From: an uncultured Chloroflexia bacterium
GTDB taxonomy: Bacteria; Chloroflexota; Dehalococcoidia; DSTF01; JACRBR01
Direction: 5' to 3'
NCBI GenBank assembly: GCA_963701135.1
Contig: OY969567.1
Location: 2,576,537 to 2,640,536, forward strand
DNA: 64,000 bases
Shown here piece after piece: positions 45,134 to 56,387 of this stretch (positions are counted from its first letter, which is position 1; every line of letters starts with the position of its first letter). The translations under genes were made by a program, and so were the position numbers. The notes under the pieces are model-generated. The model did no database searches. It saw only the letters and a program-made list of their open reading frames with translations, and was not told where the DNA came from.

Positions 45134-45526
45134 TACTCGACCTTGGCGAGGACGTCCTTCTCGGAGAGGACGATCAGCTCTTCCTGGTCGATCTTCACTT
45201 CCTGGCCGGTGTACTTGGCGTAGAGGACGCGGTCGCCGACCTTGACGTCCATCGGGATGCGCTTGCCGTTGTCGTCGAGCCGGCCGGGGCCGGCGGCGAT
45301 GACTTGCCCTGCTGGGGCTTCTCCTTCGCCGTGTCCGGGATGACGATGCCGCTGGCGAGCACTTCTTCCTGGACGACGGGCCGGATGACGATGCGGTCGT
45401 GAAGCGGGACGAGCTTCGTCGAGGACGGCCTCCCCTCGTCTTCGCCTTCGGCGCCGGCGCGATCTTCTTATTCTTATTCTTCTTCTTCTTTGGTGCTGGC
45501 TTGGACTCGATTGCAGCCTTGGCCAC
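45134..45526 (-). CDS. groES: Co-chaperonin GroES, with two frameshifts. The apparent Lys-rich N-terminal extension is uncertain.
   Basis: [39 protein letters not shown] then a frame switch to [61 protein letters not shown] with AGGAGG RBS at 45526 opens an upstream ORF ([20 protein letters not shown]...) one frame off. Confidence 0.6.
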
Positions 45527-45584
45527 TGCTACCTCCTGTGTGGTCGATGCCTGTACGGATTCAGATTGTTGGGTTGGGCGTATC

Positions 45585-45611
45585 TTAGCACTCCATTGAC
45601 GAGAGTGCTAG
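45585..45611 (-). promoter_or_regulatory. CIRCE operator (HrcA binding site) upstream of groES
   Basis: TTAGCACTC-N9-GAGTGCTAG. Consensus is TTAGCACTC-N9-GAGTGCTAA. Confidence 0.85.
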
Positions 45612-45859
45612 CGGTCAGATGATACGGGGTGCGAGGTGTTGCCGCAAGCGGCGGGGGGGGACAACAGACAACAGACAACAGACAGCAGACAACAGCAAAC
45701 AGCAAACAGCAAACAGCAAACAGCAAAGGGCAAAGGGCAGGCGTCGGCGCTCCTCCCGCTTCCCGCCTCCGGCGTCTCGCTTCCACTTGCCCGCTTCGCC
45801 GCTTCGGGTATTGCTGTTGTTGGTTGACGCGCTACACGGATCCGTGTACGGTGCCTCGC

Positions 45860-46081
45860 ATGGCGAAGAGACGGCGGGCGAGCTGGGACGCGGCGTCCGT
45901 GCGCGGGCTGCGGCGGCACATGGCGCTGACGCAGGAGCAGCTCGCCGAGGAGCTGGGCGTCCGCCAGCAGACGGTCAGCGAGTGGGAGACCGGCGCCTAC
46001 CGCCCGCGCGGCGCGAGCGAGCGGCTGCTGACGATCGTCGCCGAGCGCGCGGGGTTCGCGTACGACGCGGGCGAGCTGTGA
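45860..46081 (+). CDS. XRE-family helix-turn-helix transcriptional regulator (73 aa)
   Basis: LRRHMALTQEQLAEELGVRQQTVSEWETG matches the Cro/C1 HTH. Divergent from groES. Confidence 0.7.
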   Translation: MAKRRRASWDAASVRGLRRHMALTQEQLAEELGVRQQTVSEWETGAYRPRGASERLLTIVAERAGFAYDAGEL

Positions 46082-46236
46082 CCGCGCTGCTCGATCGCCG
46101 ACGAACGCGCGACGCTACGACGCCGGCACGCATCGACGCCGCCGGACGATCGCGGCAGCGCCGACGATCGCAACATCCGACGTCGACCATCCGGCACCGA
46201 CGCCGCCGCACGATCCCGCGTCACGCTTCGCCGCGT

Positions 46237-47561
46237 CCCGGCTCCAACCTCCGCCGCCTCACCGAGGCGCAGCTCATCGCGCTCTGGCGCGGGCGGCGCT
46301 TCCCGGACGGGCGCGCTCGTGACGCGCGCGGGCGTGCCGGTGCGACGTGATCTTCCAGGGGCGCGCCGGGGCGCGGGCCGGGGCCGGACTTTCGCGGCGC
46401 GGTGATCGCCGGGCCGTCCGGCGTGCCGCTGCGCGGCGACGTCGAGCTGCACGTGCGCGTCGTCGTACGTTCCGCGCGCACGGGCACGACGCCGACCGCG
46501 CGTACGCGCAACGTCGATCCTGCACGTCGTCTTCGACGACGACACCGGCGAGGACACGCCGCTGCCGGGCGGCGGCACGCGCGCCGGTCGTCGCGCTCGC
46601 GCCATGGGTGGCGCGGCGCGCGGACGAGCTGCAGCGCTGGCTGGAGCGGCCGCTGCTCTGGCGCGAGCCGTGCCACGACGCCGTGATGCGCATGGGCGCG
46701 GACGGCGCGGGCGCGGCGCTGGACGCGGAGGGCGACCGGCGCTTCGACGCGAAGGTCGCGCGGGCGCGCGAGACCGTGCGCGCGGCCGGCATCGAGCAGG
46801 CGCTGTACGAGGGGCTGCTCGAAGCGCTCGGCTACGGCGGCAACGCGCCGCCGATGCTGGCGCTGGCGCGGCTGCTGCCGTGGCGGCGGCTGGCGCGAAG
46901 GCATCGCGCCGGAGGACCGCGCCATGGAGCATGGAGGCGCTGCTGCTCGGCGGCGGCGGGACTGCTGCCGTCGCAGCGCGGGCACCGCGGGCCCGTCGAA
47001 GCGCACGTCGACGCGCTGGAGCGCGCGCTTCGCGCGGGCGCGGCTGCCGTCGCTGCAGCCGGGCACGTGGAAGCTCTGGGGCGTGCGGCCGGAGAACGCG
47101 CCGGCGCGCCGCGTCGCCGCGGCGGCAGCGCTGCTGCGCGCGGCTGGCGACGCCCGCACGCGCTGCTCGGCATCGCTCGACGCGAGCACGGTCAACGAGG
47201 CGATCGCGCCGCTGCTCATCAGCGCGTCAGGCTACTGGCTGACGCCACCACGACGTCTGCGCGGCGCCCTGCCGGCTGCCGCCGGCGCTCGTCGGGCGCT
47301 CGCGCGCGCTGGAGATCATCGTCAACGTCGTGCTGCCCGTGGCCTGCGCGTCAGGCGACGCCGCGCTGGCCAGCGAAGGCGCGCGCGCTGTTCGCGCGGC
47401 TGCCGCGGCCGGCGGTCTACGGCGCGACGCGGTTCATCGAGGCGGCGCTGGCGTCGGAGGGGTTCCGCGTGCCGGTCAACGCGCGCCGCGCGCAGGGGCT
47501 GCTGGCGCTGCAGCGCAACTGGTGCACGCAGAACGGCTGCGGGAGGTGCGGGCTGAGTTAG
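46237..47561 (+). pseudogene. DUF2851-family protein gene broken by numerous frameshifts
   Basis: Fragments across three frames match the DUF2851 pattern: QLIALWRGRRF, GPDFRGAVIAG...GDVELHV, HGHDADRAYA, ILHVVFDDDTGEDTPLPGG, and the C-terminal LALQRNWCTQNGCGRCGL (CxxxxCxxC). Confidence 0.5.
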
Positions 47562-47673
47562 GTGATAGGTTCTAGGTGATAGGTTTTAGGGGGAGAGAGA
47601 ACAGACAACAGACAACAGACAACAGACAACAGAGGACCGACAGAGCACGCTAGCCCCTAAAACCTAGAACCTA

Positions 47674-47680
<7 letters not shown>
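47557..47680. repeat. Inverted repeat of AGGTGATAGGTTCTAGGT units flanking an (ACAGACA)n loop, between the convergent DUF2851 and tsaD genes
   Basis: Left arm GTTAGGTGATAGGTTCTAGGTGATAGGTTTTAGGGGG. Right arm CCCCTAAAACCTAGAACCTATCACCTC. Confidence 0.8.
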
Positions 47681-48702
<1,022 letters not shown>

Positions 48703-48704
48703 GG

Positions 48705-48943
48705 TCAGGCGCGCTCGAACGCGGATAGGAACTCGTCGCGGTCTATCGCCGCAACCGTGCGGACATGGCGGAGCGTCGCTCCCTTGATCCGGCGATGGTT
48801 CGGAGCGAGATGATCGTCCGCGTCCCATCGGCGTTCCGCCGCTCGAGACCGATGTGTTCCGCCTTGCGAACAATGACGAAGCCCAACGCCTGGAACGCGG
48901 AGAGCACGCGGGATTGCGGAGCATCGATCGGGAACTTGGGCAC
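48705..48943 (-). CDS. hicA: HicA-like toxin (YcfA family mRNA interferase) of a type II toxin-antitoxin pair, with one frameshift
   Basis: [47 protein letters not shown], then in the adjacent frame [29 protein letters not shown]. Together these match the HicA pattern (LxxxGF...GSH...PxH...GTLRxIL...EEF). Confidence 0.65.
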
Positions 48944-48945
48944 GC

Positions 48946-49185
48946 CTATGCGCTTGTGGGGCGTACGAGCGTGGCGTCAAGGACCGGCGATTCGACCTCG
49001 AGCACTTGCGGGCCGAATGTATCGACGTGGAACCGGATCGCCGAACGGCAATCCGCGAGCGCTTCTTCGAACGTCTCGCCCTCACCAACAACGGCGCCTT
49101 CGATCCCAAGCGGATACGCGACGTAGGTATCGGGGTGCTTCTCCACGACGATCGGGATGGCGTTCAGTCTCTGCTCGTCGATCAT
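48946..49185 (-). CDS. hicB: HicB-like antitoxin (UPF0150/HicB_N domain only, 79 aa)
   Basis: IPIVVEKHPDTYVAYPLGIEGAVVGEGETFEEALADCRSAIRFHVDTFG fits the HicB N-terminal fold motif (Y.A..P...G....G.T.EEAL....EA...). Confidence 0.65.
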   Translation of the reverse strand: MIDEQRLNAIPIVVEKHPDTYVAYPLGIEGAVVGEGETFEEALADCRSAIRFHVDTFGPQVLEVESPVLDATLVRPTSA

Positions 49186-49192
49186 GGCTGCA

Positions 49193-50167
<975 letters not shown>

Positions 50168-50379
50168 TTAAGTGGCCGCCGCGGCCGTCCGTCGCATTCG
50201 GACGGCACTTCTCGCCCGGCGGGCCTGCTGGCGCCTTCGCGGTGCAGCCGACGACCGGTGTGCCACATCGTACGACGAACGCGCGCGATCTCCAAGCGCG
50301 CGAGCGGCACTCCTGCTAGGTGAGCGCCGGTCGAGGCGCGGGTGTGGCCATATGAGTGAGCGCCGAACTTCTCATCCGA

Positions 50380-50412
50380 CGGTCGCAGGTTCGAATCCTG
50401 CCGGGGTGCTAC
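50380..50412 (+). other. tRNA 3'-end-like fragment (T-arm GCAGG-TTCGAAT-CCTGC plus a 7-nt acceptor strand)
   Basis: Canonical T-loop TTCGAAT with a 5-bp stem. No complementary 5' acceptor half, D-arm or anticodon arm could be found upstream. Confidence 0.3.
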
Positions 50413-50600
50413 GACGCGCTCGGAGATTTGTTTCCGACCACCGTCCTTACCATGCCGTCCTGATGTGCGCCCGGCGCCGGCGGCGCAGAAGTGAAGACGA
50501 AGGGCGGTGGAGTCATGGTCTCGTTCACCTCGGTGATCGACGCGATGGACTGCGCGATCGCGCTGCCGACTCGCGTCACCGCGTGGTGCCAGCATGACGG

Positions 50601-51257
50601 CTATCGTGCGGGTTGCACGAGCGCGTTCTCGTAGGCGTAGATCGCAATCTGTATCCGATCGCGCAGCCCGAGTTTCATCAACACCCGCGCGACGTGCGTT
50701 TTGACCGTCGTCTCTCCGATTACGAGTGCGTCCGCGATCTCCGCGTTCGAGAGCCCGCGCGCGACAAGCCGCAATACTTCCAACTCGCGCGCCGTAAGCG
50801 ACGACACCTCCTCTGGTGCGCCGGCGTTCGGCGCCGCTCCGCTCGTGTAGTGCTCGATGAGCCTCCTCGTAACGGACGGCGCGAGCAGGGATTGGCCTGC
50901 GGCGACGGCGCGTATTCCGGCAACGAGGTGGTCGGCAGGCGCGTCTTTCAACAGGAAGCCGCTCGCGCCCGCACGCAGCGACTCGTACACGTACTCGTCC
51001 ATGTCGAAGGTCGTCAGCATGAGCACGCGCGGACCGCCGGGTGCAATGATGCGACGCGTCGCTTCGAGGCCGTCCATGTTGGGCATGCGGACATCCATCA
51101 GCACAACATCGGGTGCTACCGCCTTCGCGGCGGCGATCGCCTCGAATCCGTCGCCGGCCTCCCCAGCGACTTCGATGTCGGGCTCGCTCTCGAGGATCAT
51201 GCGGAAGCCCGTTCGGACGAGCACCTGGTCATCAACGATTAGTACGCGGATGCTCAC
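50601..51257 (-). CDS. Two-component response regulator, NarL/LuxR family
   Basis: REC domain (LIVDDQVLVRTG...VVLMDVRMPNMDG) and LuxR HTH (LTARELEVLRLVARGLSNAEIA). Confidence 0.85.
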   Translation of the reverse strand: MSIRVLIVDDQVLVRTGFRMILESEPDIEVAGEAGDGFEAIAAAKAVAPDVVLMDVRMPNMDGLEATRRIIAPGGPRVLMLTTFDMDEYVYESLRAGASGFLLKDAPADHLVAGIRAVAAGQSLLAPSVTRRLIEHYTSGAAPNAGAPEEVSSLTARELEVLRLVARGLSNAEIADALVIGETTVKTHVARVLMKLGLRDRIQIAIYAYENALVQPAR

Positions 51258-52483
51258 GGCGCCTCGCTTTCCAGCGGGATGTATGCGGCCACGGCGAATC
51301 CACCCTCTGGCGCCTTGCCCGCGGTCAGCGTCCCGCCGAACATCGCGACCCGCTCTCGCATGCCGATGAGACCGTGGCCCGGAGCGTGTTCATTCCGCGG
51401 ACCCCCACCGTTGTCGCGGATGTTCAACTCAAGAGCCGCAGGCAGGTAGCGGATCGTGACGTCCACGGCGGTTGCCGCGGCATGCTTGATGACGTTCGTG
51501 AGAGCCTCCTGCACGATGCGATAGCCTGCAAGGTCCGCGCCGACAGAGAGCCCACGCGGCTCGCCCTCAACGTGGAGCCCGGCCTCGATTCCCGCGTCCC
51601 TCACATGTTCGACGAGCTCGCCGACTCGGGCGAGTACGGGTTGCGGCTCGACGGACGCCTGGGCATCGCTCGCGCGGAGCACGCCGAGCATCCGGCGTAG
51701 CTCCACGAGTGCCTGCCTGCCTGACGTTTCGATCGAGGACAGCGCCTCGCGCGCACGCTCGGGATTCTGGAACACAACGCGTTGAGCCGCGCCCGCCTGG
51801 ACAACCATCACGCTGACGCCGTGGGCGACCACGTCGTGCAGCTCGCGTGCGATACGCGTGCGTTCCTCGGCGATCGCGCGCTGCGCTTGCAATTCCTGAT
51901 CGGCCGCGAGATGATCGGCGCGCGCCTGCAGCGTTTGCGCGCGCTGCTCTCGCGAGCGAATCGCCCGCCCCAGGCCCCAGGCCGCGCCCAGAAAGATCCA
52001 GAGGCTGATGACGCTGCTCTGGTTCTCGAATCCTCCGGCCGCAGCGGCAAAGCCGGTCATCAGTGCCGCCGCGAGAAGGCCCCAGAGCGCCCGATCGTTG
52101 GGCTCGTGCGCAGCAACCGAGTAGAGGCCGATCACCCACGCCAGGAAGAGAGAGAAAGGCTTGTAATCGGAGGCAAACCAAGTGCCGGCCACAGGCGCTG
52201 CCAGGAGAAGTAGGAGCGAACCTAGCGGCGCAGCGCGGCGGAAGGCGAGCGGGAACACGCCGACACATCCGATTACTGTCGCCGCGGCCCTATTCTCCGG
52301 CGGCGTCCCGAACGGGGTCGTCGCATAGATCTCGGCGAGCATGAGTGCCCCGAGAGGCAGGGTGGCCAGGAGATCGGTGACAACAGGCCGTAGCCACGGG
52401 TGGTTGCCGAGTGTCTGCGTTCGCGGGCGGCCCAGGATCCTATTCACGAAGCAAGCGTACATGAGCGCGAGCGGCCCCCGCAT
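51254..52483 (-). CDS. Sensor histidine kinase (HisKA_3/NarX-type), membrane-bound
   Basis: Several N-terminal TM helices, H-box ERTRIARELHDVVAHGVS, and HATPase_c (DNGGG...GHGLIGMRERV). Start overlaps the regulator stop. Confidence 0.8.
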   Translation of the reverse strand: MRGPLALMYACFVNRILGRPRTQTLGNHPWLRPVVTDLLATLPLGALMLAEIYATTPFGTPPENRAAATVIGCVGVFPLAFRRAAPLGSLLLLLAAPVAGTWFASDYKPFSLFLAWVIGLYSVAAHEPNDRALWGLLAAALMTGFAAAAGGFENQSSVISLWIFLGAAWGLGRAIRSREQRAQTLQARADHLAADQELQAQRAIAEERTRIARELHDVVAHGVSVMVVQAGAAQRVVFQNPERAREALSSIETSGRQALVELRRMLGVLRASDAQASVEPQPVLARVGELVEHVRDAGIEAGLHVEGEPRGLSVGADLAGYRIVQEALTNVIKHAAATAVDVTIRYLPAALELNIRDNGGGPRNEHAPGHGLIGMRERVAMFGGTLTAGKAPEGGFAVAAYIPLESEAP

Positions 52484-52650
52484 CGGCTAGGACAACGACC
52501 GGCCATCATCCTCACGGAGGATGCGTCGTGGCGCGGGATCATCCGAGAGACGATGCCGTGTTCATGCCCGCAGCCGACGCGAGGCGAGGGCTGCCGAGGC
52601 TAATCTGGGCCCATGAACATCGCATCGTTCGTACGCAGGGAGGACCCCAG

Positions 52651-53169
52651 ATGAAGATGTTGCACATGGTGCTGATCGCAGGCCTGTCCGTCGCCGTGGC
52701 CGTCCTGGCCATCAGTTGCGGCGGGAAGAACAACATGACCGTCGCGGAGTTCGTCAAGAAGGGCTACGAACTGGACATACAGCACGAAAAGACGGCGGAA
52801 CCGCTCCGCAATCAACTCGACGGGGCGATCGCCAACCTCGGCCCGACCGACAAGCTTCCGGCTGGCGTGACCGACACGCTGACGAAGCTGTTCGACGAGG
52901 AGAGCCGCTTCGCAGCCGAGATCAAAAGCATCGCCGCACCGAAGGAGGCGAGGGACATCCAGGCAGAGGCGGTCGCGTCCTTGACGGCTGAAGTTGAGTA
53001 TGGGCGCAAGGTCGTCGGCGCAATCGGCCGGAACGCGACGGTGGGCGACATCGGCACGGCCTTCGAGAACGATCAGGCGGTCGCGGTGCAGACCCGGCGC
53101 GAGAACGCCTGCAAGTCCATGCAGAAGCTGGCCGATGACAACGGCATCAAGGTCGACATGACTTGTTAG
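52651..53169 (+). CDS. Hypothetical lipoprotein (172 aa)
   Basis: Signal peptide with lipobox LAISC, RBS AGGGAGGA. Noticeably lower GC than neighbouring genes. Confidence 0.55.
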   Translation: MKMLHMVLIAGLSVAVAVLAISCGGKNNMTVAEFVKKGYELDIQHEKTAEPLRNQLDGAIANLGPTDKLPAGVTDTLTKLFDEESRFAAEIKSIAAPKEARDIQAEAVASLTAEVEYGRKVVGAIGRNATVGDIGTAFENDQAVAVQTRRENACKSMQKLADDNGIKVDMTC

Positions 53170-53249
53170 CAGAACTCACAGCGGAACAGCCTGTCTACAC
53201 AGCCAGGTGAGACGCCTCGATCGGTTCGGGGCGAGACGAAGGAGATGCT

Positions 53250-53870
53250 ATGAACACTCGGACGACGCTACGCTTAAGTGCGGTGATAGCAAGCGTGCTG
53301 TTCACGATCGGATACTGCGTGGTGATCTTCGTTCCCGGCGCGGGCGATACCAACAAGGAAAAGGACTTCACCGACTTCTACGACTCTGACGGAAAGATGC
53401 TGGTGGCGTTCCTCTTGGGGATCGCCCTCGTGGCAGGTGCCCTGGCGCTGGTGTGGTTCTTCAACGAGGTGCGATCGCGGATTACGGACGACGCCCTGAG
53501 CCGCGTCGGCTACACCGCCGCGGTGATCGGCGCCAGTGCAGCAGCCATTGGCGGCGCGATACTGTTGGCGCCCATCGGCGTCCAGCAGAACTCCGACTCG
53601 GCCTTCGTGGGGGTCCCCATCGCGTACACCTTCGACCAGGCCGGCCTTGGAGTGATGCTTCTGGTCGGGATGTCGTCACTGGCTCTTGCCACCGCCCTCT
53701 TCAGCCTCGGAGCAAAGCGCGCGCGTCTGGTGCCGTCGTGGGCCGCGTGGGCCGGCGTCATGGTTGCGGTCGCTATGCTCGGCTCCTACATCTGGCTGCC
53801 GGGGCTGCTCTTCCCCGTGTGGGTGCTCGCGTTCGGCTTGCTCCTTCGCTCCGAGCGCCCGACGGCCTGA
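53250..53870 (+). CDS. Hypothetical polytopic membrane protein (206 aa, ~6 TM)
   Basis: Clean ORF with GAAGGAG RBS and alternating hydrophobic segments. Confidence 0.5.
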   Translation: MNTRTTLRLSAVIASVLFTIGYCVVIFVPGAGDTNKEKDFTDFYDSDGKMLVAFLLGIALVAGALALVWFFNEVRSRITDDALSRVGYTAAVIGASAAAIGGAILLAPIGVQQNSDSAFVGVPIAYTFDQAGLGVMLLVGMSSLALATALFSLGAKRARLVPSWAAWAGVMVAVAMLGSYIWLPGLLFPVWVLAFGLLLRSERPTA

Positions 53871-53988
53871 GTAACAGTAAGCTGGTCGCTGCTTCGAAAC
53901 CCGCTCCACTACGGATGCCGCGCCTTTTGGCGGGGCTGCGCTCGCCGACCTGCCGGGGGTGCCGCAGTAGCCTGCCGGCGAAGGGGCC

Positions 53989-55023
53989 CTACACCAGGCC
54001 CCGCTTCACCATCTCCTCGGCGATCTGGATGGCGTTGAGGGCGGCGCCCTTGCGGATGTTGTCGGAGGAGATCCACATGGCGATGCCGTTGGGGTTCGAC
54101 ATGTCCTCGCGGATGCGGCCGACGTAGACGGGGTCCTTGCCGGCGGCGGTGCGCGGCGTCGGGTAGAGGTTGACGCCGGGCTCGTCCTGGACGACGACGC
54201 CGGGCGCCTCGCGCAGCACGTCGCGGACGTCGTCCGGCGGACATCGGCCGCTCGAACTCGGCGTGCACGGCGAGGCTGTGGCTGAGGAAGACGGGCACGC
54301 GCACGCAGGTCGCCGAGAGCGGCAGGTCCGGCTCGTGCATGATCTTGCGGGTCTCCGCCATCATCTTCCACTCCTCCTTCGTGTAGCCGCTGTCCATGAA
54401 GGAGTCGATGTGCGGCAGAAGGTTGAAGGCGATCTCGTGCGGGTAGATGTGCGGCACGCTGTCGCGGCCGGCGGCCCAGTTGCGCGTCTGGCTCGTCGAG
54501 CTCGGCGACGGCGGCGGTGCCGGTGCCGGAGACGGACTGGTACGTGTCGGCGATGACGCGCGTCACGCGGTTGAGCTTGTGCAGCGGCCAGAGGCACATG
54601 ACAAGCGGCGTCGTCGAGCAGTTGGGGATGGCGAGGATGCCCTTGTGGCACGTCGACGTCGTCCGGGTTGACCTCGGGCACGACGAGCGGGACGTCCGGG
54701 TCCTGGCGCCAGACGCTGGAGTCGTCGATGACGATGGCGCCGGCGTCGCGGGCGATCGGCGCGTACTCGCGCGATGCGGCGCCGGAGGCGGAGATGAAGA
54801 CGAAGTCGGCGCCCTTGAACGAGTCGTGCGTCGTGGCCTCGACGGTGATCTCGCCCTCCCCGAAGGGAATGCGCTTGCCGGCCGAGCGCTCGGTCGCGAG
54901 GAGCTTGAGCCCCTTCAGCGGGAAGCGGCGCTCGGCGGCGATCTTGAGGAACTCGAGCCCCACGACCCCGGTAGCGCCGACGACGGCGACGTTATACTGC
55001 TTGCCCGGCTGCTGCGATGACAT
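53989..55023 (-). CDS. asd: Aspartate-semialdehyde dehydrogenase, with at least three frameshifts
   Basis: [16 protein letters not shown]-terminus, active-site region in the 54006-54599 ORF ([13 protein letters not shown]), and C-terminal segments in the 53909-54457 and 53989-54219 ORFs. Confidence 0.7.
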
Positions 55024-55113
55024 GGACGGCGTTACCTCATTCGCGACATCGTGCGGGGACGGTTTCGTCATGATACCGAGGGGGGAGGCGGGCCGGTAGC
55101 TGGAGGTTGGAGG

Positions 55114-56387
55114 GGTTCTACACTCGTCAGTGTGGATTGAGAGCAGGAGGCTGAACAGAAAGGCACCTGGTGTTCCTGTAGCCTTGGGCTGATCAAAGAC
55201 GCCAGCAACAGGAAGGAGGCCAGGTGCTGTCTCAGGCTATCACGGTGCAGTTACGACTCCCAGGACTCGCGGTGTGGGGCGTGGAAGAGCGCGATGACGC
55301 GATCGAGGTCGTGGCCCAGTACGCGGCTGCGGAGGCGCCGTGTCCGCGGTGCGACCAGCCGGCGTGGCAGGTGCATCAGGTGCACCGCCAGTACAAGCGG
55401 GACGCGCAGCTCTGGGGAAAGCAGGTCTGGATTCTGCTCTGGAAGCGGCGCTTTCGCTGTCGCACCTGCGGGTGCATCTTCACCGAACAGGACGCGGCGT
55501 GCGGGCGCCGACGGCGTACGACCTGCCGGCTGCGTGCGACCGTCGCACGCGACGCGGAGGAAACGCCGGTCCGGACCGTGGCACGCTGGCACGGGGTGAG
55601 TGAGGGGCTCGTACAGCGTAGCTGGCTGGAGGCGCATCGCTCCCCTGCGACACCGCCCAAACCGCACGTGTTGATCGGTCTCGACGGCTTCTGTGTGCGT
55701 CGGCCGGGCGCGATGTGGACGGGCCTCTGGGACCTCCAGACGCGGCATCCGATTGCCGTGGTGGCCGGAGAACGGAAGCTCGACGTGGAGAGGATGCTGG
55801 AGCGGCACGCCGCGCGAGACGCGGTGCGGGCCGTCAGCATCGACCTCTCGGAGGCGTACCGGCAGGCGGTGCAGCTGGTCCTGCCGGACGCGGCGATCGT
55901 CGCCGACAAGTTTCACGTCATCGCGCTTGCCGGCCGCGCCCTCCAGGAGGTGCACGGAGAGACGCGCCGGCGCGGCAACGTCGCCTGGCTGCTCCAGCGC
56001 GGCGTCGAGCGGCTGCACGCGGCGGACAAGCTGCGGCTGGCTGCGGCGCTGCGGCAGGACCGCGCGCTCACGACCGCCTGGACGCTCAAGGAAGAGCTGC
56101 GCGCCGTCTACCGCGCGCCGACGCAGGCCGCGGCGGAGCGGGCGCTGTCCGCGTGGATCCACGACGCAGAAGCAAGTGGCCTACGGCCATTCGTGCGCAC
56201 CGCGCGCACGCTGCGCTCGTGGCGCGCCGAGGTCCTGAACTACTGGCGGTATCCGATCACGAATGCCGTGGTCGAGGGCAAGCACAACCGCGTGAAAGTG
56301 CTGAAACGGAGGGCGTACGGCTACCGGAACAACCAGACCTTTCAGCTCAGGATCCTCAACCTAATCCACACTGATTGACGGAGAACC
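55114..56387 (+). mobile_element. ISL3-family insertion sequence (1274 bp) with imperfect ~28-bp terminal inverted repeats and an 8-bp target-site duplication GTTGGAGG
   Basis: IRL GGTTCTACACTCGTCAGTGTGGATTGAG. IRR (reverse complement) GGTTCTCCGTCAATCAGTGTGGATTAGG. Identical GTTGGAGG at 55106-55113 and 56388-56395. Confidence 0.8.
55224..56378 (+). CDS. ISL3-family transposase
   Basis: N-terminal zinc-finger CPRCDQP...CRTCGC and a DDE_Tnp_ISL3-like core (VSIDLSEAYRQAV...VADKFHVIALAG...KHNRVKVLKRRAYGYRNNQTFQLRIL). Confidence 0.8.
   Translation: MLSQAITVQLRLPGLAVWGVEERDDAIEVVAQYAAAEAPCPRCDQPAWQVHQVHRQYKRDAQLWGKQVWILLWKRRFRCRTCGCIFTEQDAACGRRRRTTCRLRATVARDAEETPVRTVARWHGVSEGLVQRSWLEAHRSPATPPKPHVLIGLDGFCVRRPGAMWTGLWDLQTRHPIAVVAGERKLDVERMLERHAARDAVRAVSIDLSEAYRQAVQLVLPDAAIVADKFHVIALAGRALQEVHGETRRRGNVAWLLQRGVERLHAADKLRLAAALRQDRALTTAWTLKEELRAVYRAPTQAAAERALSAWIHDAEASGLRPFVRTARTLRSWRAEVLNYWRYPITNAVVEGKHNRVKVLKRRAYGYRNNQTFQLRILNLIHTD

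Noticed and set aside
50335-50412. Complete tRNA gene around the TTCGAAT T-loop
   Set aside because: Only the T-arm and a 3' acceptor strand are present. No complementary 5' acceptor strand, D-arm or anticodon arm could be folded from the preceding 80 nt. It is kept only as a tRNA-3'-end-like fragment.
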